A DNA stretch of 64,000 nucleotides from NCBI RefSeq assembly GCF_963921235.1, contig NC_086100.1, forward strand, positions 60,946,001 to 61,010,000, written 5' to 3'. The position numbers and the translations under genes are program-made. The DNA comes from Mobula hypostoma. Taxonomy: Eukaryota. Each line of letters begins with the position of its first letter. The stretch's first letter is position 1. Below the pieces are notes generated by a model. The model had not been told where the DNA came from. It did not search any database and was given only the letters and a program-made list of their open reading frames with translations. This document shows positions 1 to 11,512 of the stretch, piece by piece.

Positions 1-1036
1 AAATAACTAAAGGTGTAATGTAATTAAACTGGGATAGAGATGTAGCAATATCAGAGAGCATAGGTAACAATCAGAATTTTACATGACTAATGTGTACAAG
101 TAATGACAATTCATAGAGATTTAAGATTTGTTGCTTACAATAATTATAAAACGTCAAACCCTTGTATGGAAGGTTATGCATATATTCTAGAACTGTATCA
201 TCTCTGGTACTGAGTGTTTGTAATTTTTTCTGTAATGATATTGAGAGACATTAGCAACTTAATATTTAAATAAGTAATTGTGTACATGAATAAACAGCAA
301 TAAAATGGAATTAAGAACAATCAATTCTCAAACCTTTATGCAAACAGGCCTGTTATATGAAACAATATAGTAATTATCAGTAGGCCACCAGTGCTGACTG
401 GAACTTCAATCTCACATTCTTAATTACTCAAAATGGAATTGCACCCCCTCCCTCCCAAATGCTTAAGAATCTACCCACCCTGTTTATAATTCTGCTTCCA
501 CTAAATTTTAGGACCTCATGGCCACCAGAAAAAAAAGTATTCCAGATATCTCACCAATGCCTTTTTAATGGAAGCATTATCATAATTTGTGAATACAAAA
601 GCAGTTATTGTTAGCTTTTCTACTTGCTGTACCTTCTAGGTGTTGCAAATTAAAACACCCAGATCACTGAAATATACCCATTTTCTCCTGATAATACTGC
701 ATTATAAAATCAAAGTTTTGGAGAAGAGTGGCTTAAATGTTTGAAATGAAAACAGAAGGACAGGTAAAGATGCTTATATGTGAAAGGCTATGTTCAAGGT
801 CTACAATGTCAGCAGGTAAGATTATTAAAGTTATTTGGAATAAAATGGGTTACTATTCATTCATTAGGGTACCATTAACAATGTCAGTACTGGGCAAGTG
901 AGATTCTTATTTCCTGTAACTGATGTAATTGATAAATGGCAAATTGATTAATATCCTGGCAAAGTTTTACTGAGATCAGAATGAGAGTGCACTGGAGGGC
1001 TCTTGTTTAACAAACCCCGGGACAATCTAATCTATA

Positions 1037-1495
1037 CGAGGGGTGATTGATAAGTTCATGGCCTACAGTAGACAGAGTCAATTTTAGAAAACCTAGCACA
1101 TTTATTATTCAACATAGTCCCCTCCTAAATGTACACACTTAGCCCAGCGGTCGTGGAGCATACGGATCCCTTCTTTGTAGAAGTGGCCCACAGCAGGGCT
1201 GATTGATAAGTTCATGGCCTAAGGTAGAAGGAGATGAGTTATACAGCTCTTGTTACATGCATGTGCAGTTCAACCCTTGAGTGATTATGCAGAAAGTTTG
1301 AAGTTAATAACTCATCTCCTTCTATCTTAGGCCACAAATTTATCAATCACCCCTGCTGTGGACCACTTTCTGGAGGGCCAAGACGCCGAGTTCTACAATG
1401 AAGGGTTCCGTATGCTCCATGACCACTGGACTATGTGTAAACGTAGGGAAAAATGTGCGTCTACCTTAGGCCATGAACTTATCAATCACCCCTGG
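1037..1495. mobile_element. Mariner-derived palindromic MITE
   Basis: TA-flanked ~37 bp TIRs (CGAGGGGTGATTGATAAGTTCATGGCCTA...); the left arm encodes in reverse a mariner transposase C-terminus FYKEGIRMLHDRWAKCVHLGGDYVE*; a second internal TIR pair. Confidence 0.88.
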
Positions 1496-1990
1496 TAGTT
1501 AAGTAGCTTTTTTCATATTACACTGTAAAATCCCAAACAAAAAGAACATTGAAGAGAAACTAGATTTTTCAAAACAAAAATGTTACACTTTACACTGTGG
1601 ACAATAAATCTCAACCTAGTCATCGACAACTACAAATGTGTACATCTCAGAAGTGAAATAAACAGATTAAAGGAATCAGATTGTTTCAATGTAACATAAT
1701 ACTACATTAACAATGGAGCACTACTAATGTGAGATCCAAATCTTTCAGATAAAATCTTACATATCCAGAGGCATGATTCAAAGCAAGCAACAAAATAAAT
1801 ATTTACATCAGTTGATAGTTCTGCAAGATAATAAATATTAACAAGCTGAAAGCAACACTGAAGGAAGGGTACATCTGTGTATGAAATATTGCAGATTAGT
1901 TTCCTAGCAAAAGACACAAATGATTATCAAAAAGGGAAAACAAAATAGAACACGAAGAGTCTTACTGGGATGAAAGTCTGAAATAATTAA

Positions 1991-1996
1991 TTTATT
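1991..1996 (-). terminator. Candidate SMC4 polyadenylation signal AATAAA (~700 nt 3' UTR)
   Basis: First canonical AATAAA I find on the minus strand downstream of the stop; an ATTAAA variant also occurs near 2418-2423. Confidence 0.4.
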
Positions 1997-2688
1997 CCAA
2001 AATACCTACAGGCTAACACAATTGATTTAGCAAATGATAGTGCTATAAATTCCCCATTATGTTACTAGCCAAATAAGATTTTCACCATATCTAAACTCCA
2101 AAGAGCCTTATTCTGAATAGAGATTAGGCACCAAAATTATGCAATTTTCCCACACAAAAGAACACCCGTCTTTTTCCACACCCCTGTCCCGTATGGTGAA
2201 TTGTAAATAATACAACCTCAAATTAACTTTCTATGTATTCATCATTGTATTTGCCAATTTAAACCACACGCTGGCAACCAGTCCCTTTCATCCAAACTCT
2301 AATTACACATCATTAAGCTGAAAGAATTGGACAGGATTGCATTATTGGCAATTGAATCATCCATCAGTGAAAAGTGTCAGAGAATAACCACTCACAGCAA
2401 AAATCTTCTGAAATTGATTTAATAAGAATTCAACTATCTACATTATGTAAAAACATAGTACTTTACGGCAAACACAAAACATATATATCAAAATTTAAAG
2501 ATCACAGGTGGGTAATACAGGTGAAGTTAATCTTGAAGAAAAGTTTAGATATTACTTTTTAAGTCCACTTACATAAAGATTTAACACCACTATTTCATGC
2601 TGGAACAAATTCCATATGTATAGAATTGAGTGGTGAAACATAAAAAAATAAAAATGTCTTTAAAAAGTTATTGCAGTTCTAGCAAAAC

Positions 2689-2859
2689 TCAGGCCGTTCC
2701 CATCACTTCAGGAAGTGCTTGAAGACCAATAACCTTGGGATTGGTTGCAACACTCTTTGTTGTATTGTGGGTCTTGTAAATGCCAACCAATCTATCAGCA
2801 ATTTCAAACATATTGTTCCGCAAAGAAATAATTATAAACTGGGCATTCCTGGTCTGTTC
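2689..2859 (-). CDS. SMC4: SMC4 terminal coding exon (EQTRNAQFIIISLRNNMFE...NPKVIGLQALPEVMGTA*)
   Basis: ttag acceptor; 171 nt ending in TGA at 2691-2689; ISLR H-loop typical of SMC4. Confidence 0.96.
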   Translation of the reverse strand, partial: EQTRNAQFIIISLRNNMFEIADRLVGIYKTHNTTKSVATNPKVIGLQALPEVMGTA

Positions 2860-3079
2860 CTAAGGAAAGAAATAGTAAACGGTCAATACAATCATTTGCT
2901 TTGAATATATTAGACATTGATATTCAATACTAATATTTATTTAATAATAATAAAAAATATTAAACTCAATATAAACAGAACTACAAACACCATGTTGGGA
3001 CTGCATAAAATTATTTACTTTCAAAGAGCCAGGAATGAGACAGGCACAGAAATGGAACAACTCAGGTTTATGCAAATTT

Positions 3080-3665
3080 AGTTGTAAATTGACTAGTAGG
3101 TAATTGGCAAGGGCCAATAAAAAGTTAGACTTAAGTAGAGCAGCCATAGTGTGAATGGTAAGTGGAAACGTGGGGGAAGTTGAGGCAGAGGCTAGGGTGA
3201 GGATTCTGTTAAGTTCTCTTTCTATTACTGTAAGGTAGAGCAGTAGGAATAGAACCAAGGACAATGGAGTGCTCTTGCGAGGTATGGGAGGTCAGGAAGA
3301 CCTCCAGTGTCCCTAATGACTAAACCTGCAAAAACTGCATCTGGCTACAGCTCCTTACGGACTACATTAAGAAACTGAAGCTGGATGACATACAGATATT
3401 CAGGCAATGAGGGCTGACCATCAAGAATTACACAGAGGCTGATAGTCCTAAAGTACAGAGTACCCCCACAGTCACAACACCAAGTCTAGTTCTGTGGCTT
3501 GGGGTGGGGGTGGGGGGGAGAGAAAGTAGTGAGCTTGGTGATAGGGGATTCACTGATTAGGAGGGACAGACAGACACAAGATTGTGGGTGAAAACTAGAA
3601 TGTTGTAGCCATTACTAAGACTTGGTTGTGGGACAGGCAGGACTAGCAGCTCAGTGTTCCAAAGG
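3080..3665 (+). mobile_element. Decayed CR1 LINE 5' fragment (ORF1 and start of ORF2)
   Basis: Remnants of ORF1 zinc finger (MWEVRxTSSVPxDxTCxxC), esterase VIGDSLIR, endonuclease VVAITxTWL. Confidence 0.7.
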
Positions 3666-4732
3666 GGAGAACCAGTTAGTATATCAACCTACTTGGAGCA
3701 GACAGGTTGATCACTTCAGGTTAACACGTAGAATTTGATTCCTGTATCTCAACGATAGGACTCACATTTCCCATTTGCAACTACTCTTGCCATTAAATGC
3801 ATCACATAGAAGTTTAATGATTTCTACCCAAGATAAAACCAGAGTATGACTCAAATGAAAACACTACTGCAGTTTCCTCCATTTCCCAGAAACTACTGTG
3901 CTATATAATCAATACTCTAAATCATGGGCAATACAATTCACTAGTAATCTTTGAAATACAGTTATTTAAATACATCTTGGAAGATTCACACAGCAGCCAG
4001 ATTAATGATTAATGATTACATAGTCAGACTAAATTTACATGAAAATTACATGTGTAGATAGCAAACATGCATTTTTTTCATTGCTAGGAGTCACTTGTTA
4101 TACAACAAAGAAACGAGTCCTTTGGCCCAGCTTATCCAGACTGATGTACATTTAACATGCATTTTTGTCAAGGCCTTTATTTTGAAAACAAAAGCTACTG
4201 GCTTGATATCCATCAATGGAGAATATGGGAAGTCACTTGTAGCATCAAAGAGGACAGTTTTTAATTAAACTGAACATAGGATTACCAGATTATCAAAATT
4301 TCATTGCAGCTCTCAGTTATAATTGCTCTCAAGAATTACGAGCAGAAGAGAAGGGGCAGAGAAAGCTAGAGACATTGGACAGGAGCATTACCCATCATAT
4401 CATAAATTTATAATAGCATGTCCGCCTCCAACTATTACATATCAGCCTCTCCTTTCCATTCAGATCAATACAGAAAGACCCTATAGCACCATACAAATTA
4501 ACTGGAATTGAGAGCTATAATAAGACTTTGATAATTGCAAAATCCTACATTCAGTGTAATTGAAAACACACACGCTACAGATGGCTTCCTATGTTCTCCA
4601 CAGATGGATATCAAGGAAACGCTCCTGGTCATCTTGCCCTACATACATTCCTTAAGTGACAATTTTGAGATTTGCTTATTTCATTGACAATAGTGGGACT
4701 TTGCTGCTTGAGCTACTTACGTTTCAAGTCGT

Positions 4733-4893
4733 AAACACGAGGAATTCTGCAAATGCTGGAAATTCAAGCAACACACAAAGTTGCGGGTGAACACAGCAGG
4801 CGAGGCAGCATCTCTAGGAAGAGGTACAGTCAATGTCTCGGCCTGAAATTAAAAGTGCCTGGCCTGCTGCGTTCACTAGCAACTTTGATCTAT
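4733..4893. mobile_element. Short Penelope-like pLTR insertion with inverted arms
   Basis: Same family as 60994-61493; imperfect 12 bp TSD gtttcaagtcgt/gtttcaaggctt. Confidence 0.8.
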
Positions 4894-5210
4894 GTTTCAA
4901 GGCTTGCTTTCTTTATAGTTTTTACTTCTAAAACATATTATGAGATTTTGAGAGGTCTAAAATAGAACAAAGACATTTGCCGTTTTTCTTTTCCTATATT
5001 CATTATTATAGGGAAAGTGATTTAGAGAAAAATTCTAATTATAAAAGCCGGAACAATGTCAAGAGCAGTTGAATAGTTTTCCCAAGCAGTCTTGAATATG
5101 TAAGCTAGGTTTAGTATTATTTTTTCAGTGTTAAGTTTCAATCACTGATTCTTATTTTTGGGTTTCCATCAAAAGAATTTATCCCATACCTGTTGCCAAT
5201 GTATACTTAC

Positions 5211-5394
5211 ATAAATATAATGTGCAACAATTGAAACATTTCGGAAATCCAGTGCTGCATCAATCTCATCCATGAAGTACAAAGGAGTAGGTTTGTAATG
5301 GTGAAGTGCAAAAACCAGAGCCAGAGAACTAAGAGTCTTCTCTCCACCAGAAATATTGAAAATTTTTTTCCAGCTTTTCTTCGGTGGACGCACA
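5211..5394 (-). CDS. SMC4: SMC4 exon with ABC signature (here ISGGEK), Walker B and D-loop (FMDEIDAALD)
   Basis: tag/gtaagt sites; 184 nt, phase 2/0; VRPPKKSWKKIFN-ISGGEKTLSSLALVFALHHYKPTPLYFMDEIDAALDF. Confidence 0.97.
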
Positions 5395-5918
5395 CTAGAA
5401 TAGTAGTATTTGTTCCCATTAAAAGTGATCATAAAAATCTGTTGTACATGCATCTTACAACTCCAAATTGTTTCAGTTTTAGTAGTAGCAGCCTTCATTT
5501 CCATTTCATCCAATTCCTCATGATAGTTAGATTTGAATTTCTCAACTCGGGGGCACTTTAGTCAGCTGTCCGTTTTAAAATATCAATTTCCACTTCTATC
5601 CATCTCATATTGAAGATTTTCCACTATTACCAAAACAGCTCCTCATAATAGTATCAGTGGGATGATAATCAAAACGAGTACAAATAAAGTAAAAGTTGCA
5701 GTTAGAGATAGTTTAGCCAGAATGTAAATACAAATAATCTAAGATATTTCTTATTTGCCTCCTCTTCCTACCACCTAATATCTCAACTGGTAAAGCAAGT
5801 TTTCAGGCAGTGGAAAATAAGAGGAAAATGGTCTTAAGATAGGTCATGGTTCAAATACCGTTAAGCTCCACAATGCAATTACATAAACTCTACCAACCTG
5901 CATAATAAATTTTCCTAC

Positions 5919-6151
5919 CTGAACATAATTCCTTCAGAAAAAGGATCCAGACTGTCAACCAACTCCAGTTCAGCATCTCCACCTAGTGTAAGCATTTGGT
6001 AATTCTCCTTTAATTTATTAGTGATCATATTAAAGCCAGCCATGAATTCATTTAGTCGCTGTTTTCTCAAGTCTTCAAAGGCATGCCTGAATTTATCCCG
6101 TTCACTAGTGATTTCATCGAGCTCTGCCACACGCCGCAGATAGAGCTCTTC
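5919..6151 (-). CDS. SMC4: SMC4 exon (EELYLRRVAELD...LVDSLDPFSEGIMF)
   Basis: cag/gtagga sites; 233 nt, phase 0/2. Confidence 0.97.
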
Positions 6152-6237
6152 CTGTACAGAAAGAGCACAATAAAAAGTTAAAATATGGTTACCAAACAAG
6201 AAACCACTGCAACATACACACATTTTCCAGGACTTAC

Positions 6238-6417
6238 TTTCTTCTTATATTCAGCAATAGAACCCAAGTTTGGCTTCATTTCAAGGCACTTAGCTTCTAG
6301 AAGTGCTATCTGATTATTTATCATTTCTGGATTGTTAATTCCCACAAGATCCTCCTCACTCAATTCTGGAAGTTCTTCTGCTGGTTTGTCAATAGGATGT
6401 AAAGAAAGCTTTGATAT
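6238..6417 (-). CDS. SMC4: SMC4 exon (ISKLSLHPID...MKPNLGSIAEYKKK)
   Basis: tag/gtaagt sites; 180 nt, phase 0/0. Confidence 0.96.
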
Positions 6418-7003
6418 CTAAAGGAAAATTACAGGAGGATTTAAAATAGAATGAAATATACATTTTAGTTCCATTTAAATTTACTACTACATTTGTCCCA
6501 AAACAAGTCAAATAACCGTTCAACAGTTATTTCATTCCAGTAAAAATATACTTTGCAGTAACTTAAAAAACAGGAAATAAAATTCATTCTCAAATGAACA
6601 TATTTGGCAAGTTGTATGGTTCAGTGCAAAGAGCTCATTTCTTAATTCACTAGAATCATCTTAATCCAATCTCCCTTAAGATTTCCATCCTCCAAAATCA
6701 ATGAAAACAATTTTTCACTAAGCAAAGCTTTGGTGTCTGTTTATAAGTACAGTGGATTCTGGTTAATTGGGACACATCGGGACCAGTACATTTTGGCCTA
6801 ATTAAGTGGCTGCCTCAAGTAGCCAGTTTCATGGAAATAGTTAAGAAGGTATAAAAAAAAGATAAACTGAATAACAAATTATGTATTTAAATGTATTACA
6901 GACCAAATTAAAACACTTTCAATACCACTACAGTAATGTAAAACGACATAATTTCCTAATAGTTGCCAATGGAGTAATTCATCCAGTATATGCTGCTGTG
7001 TAT

Positions 7004-7408
7004 GGGGTGTTCAGAAAGGAGCAATGCCTCTGGTGAAAGGCTTGTTGTGTCCATTATGGGGCATATCACTCAGCTGTCATCTGTGGCTCCAAGTAGCTCT
7101 TTGCATGCGACAGCGGCCACTTTGACAGGTGGACTAAACCAGATGTCTGTCCTAACATCTGAAGTCAGTTCTGGTGGATGAGATCAAGTGAGGTCCAATG
7201 CCCAAGGTCTGTGGTAGAAGGACTTGCTGCAATGCGTCACGGAGAGCGAAGGGCATAATAAGGCACAGAAGTAGTCATAGTTATATACTGTAACCAAGAA
7301 AGATCCAAGTTTGTGATGACTACTTGTATCACTGGACCTGGACTTCCAAGGTCGAAAGAGTGTCTCCTGAATAAGTTGCACTCTTCATCGTTGGATATGA
7401 CAACCACC
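7004..7408 (+). mobile_element. SINE-like retroposon (RTE 5'UTR-like head), copy 1
   Basis: Homologous to 8998-9500; TSD atgctgctgt at 6990-6999 and 7409-7418; ends in short CCA repeats. Confidence 0.7.
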
Positions 7409-7548
7409 ATGCTGCTGTATTCTTTTGAATGACTGTAAATGAACAAAGTTAGCATGGACACTTTGTGCAGATAATGGACTACTTTCATACAAAGCTTTCA
7501 ACGATTGCATCCTCCAAATTTTCATTTTCATCATAACATTCAAGATGA

Positions 7549-7945
7549 GAAAGTGTTTTCCCAGCATACATGACAAATAAACTCTTCTCGGGCTATCCAT
7601 TATAACTTGATGTTTAGATGACAAACTCTGCCATCTTCATCAGCGGTGATGTCTGAGTATGTCTAGACTGGTGGTAAAGGAAGCCAGTGAAATAAAATTG
7701 AGGAAAAGAATTGTAAGAAAGACGAATGTCTTGCTCCAATTAAGAACTGGAATTCAATTGTAAACAAGATGGGAGAGCAGAAACCTGATTGGATGAGGAC
7801 TAACCAATCAGGAGGGACAGACTACAGGGGTATAAATAGCACTGGATGAGACACACCCAGGCACCATCCCTGATGGAAGATGGTAGTTTGTCATCGAAAC
7901 ATCAGTTATAATCGATACCTATACCTGGAATAAACTGAAGAGCTT
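7549..7945. mobile_element. Second Penelope-like family: inverted pLTR + GIY-YIG C-terminal remnant + pLTR
   Basis: 11 bp TSD attcaagatga (7538-7548, 7946-7956); degenerate hammerhead motifs on both arms; EASEIKL...KNWNSI remnant; CCAAT and TATAAATA boxes. Confidence 0.75.
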
Positions 7946-8425
7946 ATTCAAGATGATTTGATACCTTTGTAGGTCACAAATTATTGAAGCAGTGAAATAA
8001 TTTCATTTTTTTCTCCCAGCTGCTTCTGGCATCTCCAAGCCTGAATGCTTGAAACTGCAGTGTGCAACATAATTCCAAGTTGTCTTATTGCTTGTTTTCG
8101 CCAACTATCAGTGGCAAAAATCACTACTTTTTGAACACCCAAATGACAATATTTAAAAACTTTGTTCTAAGCATGGTGTAGTGTCTAATGGTGTCAAGTT
8201 CATGCAACTGACATCAGTTAGAAACTGTTCAGCAACAGTCACCTGTCTCAATTTACCAGCAGTGTCCCAAATAAATAAAGGAAATCCCAAGTATTTTCTT
8301 CACTTGTTTTTTTTTCTTTAAGAGATGTCCCAAATAAGTGGCTGCCCCAATTAACTGGCAGGCCAATTAACCCAAATCCACCATGTACAAACTGGCATAT
8401 TACGCTTGAGCTATGACAGCAAGTA

Positions 8426-9687
8426 TATGTACTCCAGTTAATTGGGACAGCTGCTTATTTGGGACAACTCTTAAAGAAGAATTAATAGAGAAAATAGCTG
8501 TCATTCCCTTATTTTATTTGGGACATTATGCTGCTTAATTGGGACAGGAGACTGTAGACAAAGTGCCTAACTAGCATCAGTCATGCGCACTACCATGCTT
8601 AGAGCAAATAGTTTTTAAGCGCTGAAAAAGCAGTGATTTTTGCCACCTCTAGCTGGCGAGAAACAAGCAACAAGACAATTGAGAACTTCTGCTCCCTTGA
8701 GGCTTGGAGATGTCAGAAAAGGCTGAGAATGAAAATGAAACAATTTCACGACTTAAAATTAGGATCTGTGAAGATTTCAAAGTATTGGCAACCATCATGA
8801 ACGTTACAATGAATATGAAGATTTGAAGGATGCAATGGATGAAAGCACTGTATGAAGGCAGTGCGTTATCTGCACTAGTGTCTACGCCAATTTTGTTAAC
8901 TTACAGTCTGTCAGAGGAACATGGCAGTGTACACTGGATGAATTCCTCCGTTCTCTTCTTATTAGGAACTATAGTTTTATGGTACGTAGTATTGTTAGGG
9001 TGTTCAAGGAGGAGTAGCACCTCTGATGAAGGGGCTTGTCACGTCCAATCTCACTCACCTGACACTCAGCTGTCACCTGTGGCTCCAAGTACCTGTTTGC
9101 ATGCGAAAGTGGTCACACTTCTGTACACCATTTTGAAAAGCAGGCCAAACCAGGTGAGGGTAGCTGGTGGCCTCATACCCTTGTAGGACAGGAACATGCC
9201 CGTCCTAGCATTCGAGGTCAATTCCTGAAGACTTGGCAGAGGAAATCTACAGTGAGATCCAACAGCCAGGAAGGTGGCTCTGCAAAGCTCCATGAAGAGC
9301 AAACGACATGACAAGGTATAGAAGTAGTCATGGTAATCCACTGCAACCAAGGAAGTCCCAAGTTATGACAACCACAAGTACCACTGGACCTGGACTTCAG
9401 AGGATGAGAGTGGAACTGGCCTGGTGCAATGACTTTTCTACTTTAAAGAACTCCCCCACACAGATTTCCTATCATTGTTAGATATGACAGACAGCCACCA
9501 AGTATTGTTAATGTTCTAATTTGTTCTGTATTCATTTTAATACATAATTTGTTACTCTGTTAACCGGCAGTTTGTCTTTTCTATACGTTTTTTAAACTAT
9601 TTCTATAAACTTTAGCTAATTGGGACAGCCGCTTAATTGAACCAAAATGTGCAGGCCCAATGTGTCCCAATTAACCGGAATCCACCG
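8426..9687 (+). mobile_element. pogo/Tigger-like element, copy 2 (inverted relative to copy 1)
   Basis: Right TIR TGTCCCAATTAACCGGAATCCACCG followed by TA; reverse-complement homology to 6750-8385. Confidence 0.8.
8998..9500 (+). mobile_element. SINE-like retroposon (RTE 5'UTR-like head), copy 2
   Basis: Perfect 10 bp TSD agtattgtta (8988-8997, 9501-9510); homologous to 7004-7408. Confidence 0.75.
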
Positions 9688-9958
9688 TACTTGCAAGCTT
9701 TTTTATTGTAGGGAGCTCTACAGCAAAATGTGTGCCACATAGAAGAGCAGTTGGACACAAGTCAAGTGGAACTGTAGTCACATTCCCCCCAGGCTGCAGA
9801 GGTCATCTGTAGGCAGCCTGCAAGCAGCTCCAGGTGAAAGCATAGTTAGCACAAACCAGAAAGTAAAACACATTCTTTTCTAGTTAATGCAGTTCAGCTA
9901 CTCCCTGGATAAACTTCAAGTCATTAGCATTCTAACCATTATTAAATTACAACCTTAC

Positions 9959-10132
9959 CTCTTTCTGCCAGAATTTAATCTTAGATTGATGTTCTGCAAC
10001 GTGCCCATCAATCTGCTCCAACTTCAGACGAATGTTAAGAAATTCTTTCTGAAGTGCCTGTTGTTCTTCCTGAACTGTTTTTAATTCTTGCAGTAAACAA
10101 TTATGTTCCTCAGTTACAGTTGTTAATTGTTC
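9959..10132 (-). CDS. SMC4: SMC4 exon (EQLTTVTEEHNCLLQELK...LKLEQIDGHVAEHQSKIKFWQKE)
   Basis: tag/gtaagg sites; 174 nt, phase 0/0. Confidence 0.95.
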
Positions 10133-11512
10133 CTATGCAAAAGAGCGAACAGAAGTAGTTAACATAACACAGTAACATCTTTTAAATGATTCATATCAGT
10201 ATTTATTTCTGTTGTCTTATATATCATGCTTATGTAACTCATTCAACGATACAAATTAAACTATTTTAAATAGTTCAGCAAAATTTTCAGAAAAAGACCT
10301 TTCAGTAAAATATGAATGTTTAATAGCAAAATTGTTATATACTGTACATATGCAAATTTTACATTCAAAAGCTCCAGCCAAATACTATCAATTTAAAACA
10401 CAATAGTTGATTCTTTGCAAAATACAAGCAGTTTTGCCCCTAGAAAAAGGCAATAGCAATTTGCAAATTAACTTGCAAACCATAAGCGTGAATCACACAC
10501 TAAATAGAACTTTGCTGGAACTTGCTGGTAGAGAAAAGGTACACGTGCATTATCAATTTTTATCTCAAATGGTTTTTTTTCTTACGACCACCTTAAATCT
10601 ATGTAACTACTTTCAATTCCACTATTTTAGTCAAATAAAACCTCTACCACTAAAGAAAGGTTTGAAAGAAAGACACTTTCTCCAATTGAAAGCTTTGCAA
10701 TCACAAAGATTAAATAGCTCCCCTCCTTTTAAGCATAAATCATTAAAGTGGACGCAGGAAAGCAAGATGGATGGTAGTTTGCCTCGCAGGTGCCAGGGTC
10801 CGGGATGCTTCTGATTATGATATCTTGGAAGTGGGAAGGTGGGCAGCCAGAGGTCGTGGTACATATTCGTACCACTGACATAGGTAGGAAAAGGGAGGAG
10901 GTCCTGAAAACAGACTACAGGGAGTTAGGAAAGAAGTTGAGAAGAAGGACCTCAAAGGTAGAAATCTCAGGATGTGCCTGTGCCACATGATAGTGAGTAT
11001 AGGAATAGAGTGAGGTGGAGGATAAATGTGTAGTTGAGGGAGGCTGCACTTGAATCTGAGAGGGATCAATATACTGGTAGGCAGGTTTGCTAAAGCTGTT
11101 GGGAAGAGTTTAAACTCGAATTGCCGGGGTGTGGGAACTGAACTGAAGCGTCTGAGGAAGGGCTGGTAGGCTCACAAATAGAGAAAGCTAGGAGAAAGTG
11201 CAAGAGGGAAGATAGGCAGATGATAGAGAAGGGACGTGCTCAGACCGATGGTTTGAGATGTAACTATTTTAATGCAAGGAGTATTATCAACAAAGTGGAT
11301 GAGCTTAAAAGAGCGTGGATCAGTACCTGGACAATGATGTTGTGGCCATTACAGAGACTTGGATGGCTCAGGGGCCCGAATGGTTACTTCGAGTGCCAGG
11401 CTTTAAATGTTTCAGAAAGGACACGGAGGGAGGCAAAAGAGGTGGGGGCGTGGCACTGAGATAGTGTCACAACTACAGAAAAAGGAGGAAGTCATGGAGG
11501 GATTGTCTACTG

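Larger units (their letters stand above)
6750..8385 (-). mobile_element. pogo/Tigger-like non-autonomous DNA transposon, copy 1 (hosts two insertions)
   Basis: TA-flanked TIR CAGTGGATTCTGGTTAATTGGG; repeated subterminal TTAATTGGGACA motifs; homologous to 8426-9687 and 41551-42215. Confidence 0.8.

Noticed and set aside
9015-9050. CTGATGA-AGGGG as another hammerhead
   Set aside because: No following stem II plus GAAA; the paralogous copy reads CTGGTGA
6750-9687. Recurring TTAATTGGGACA motif as a CRISPR-like or regulatory array
   Set aside because: Irregular spacing; explained as subterminal repeats of the Tigger-like element; eukaryotic context
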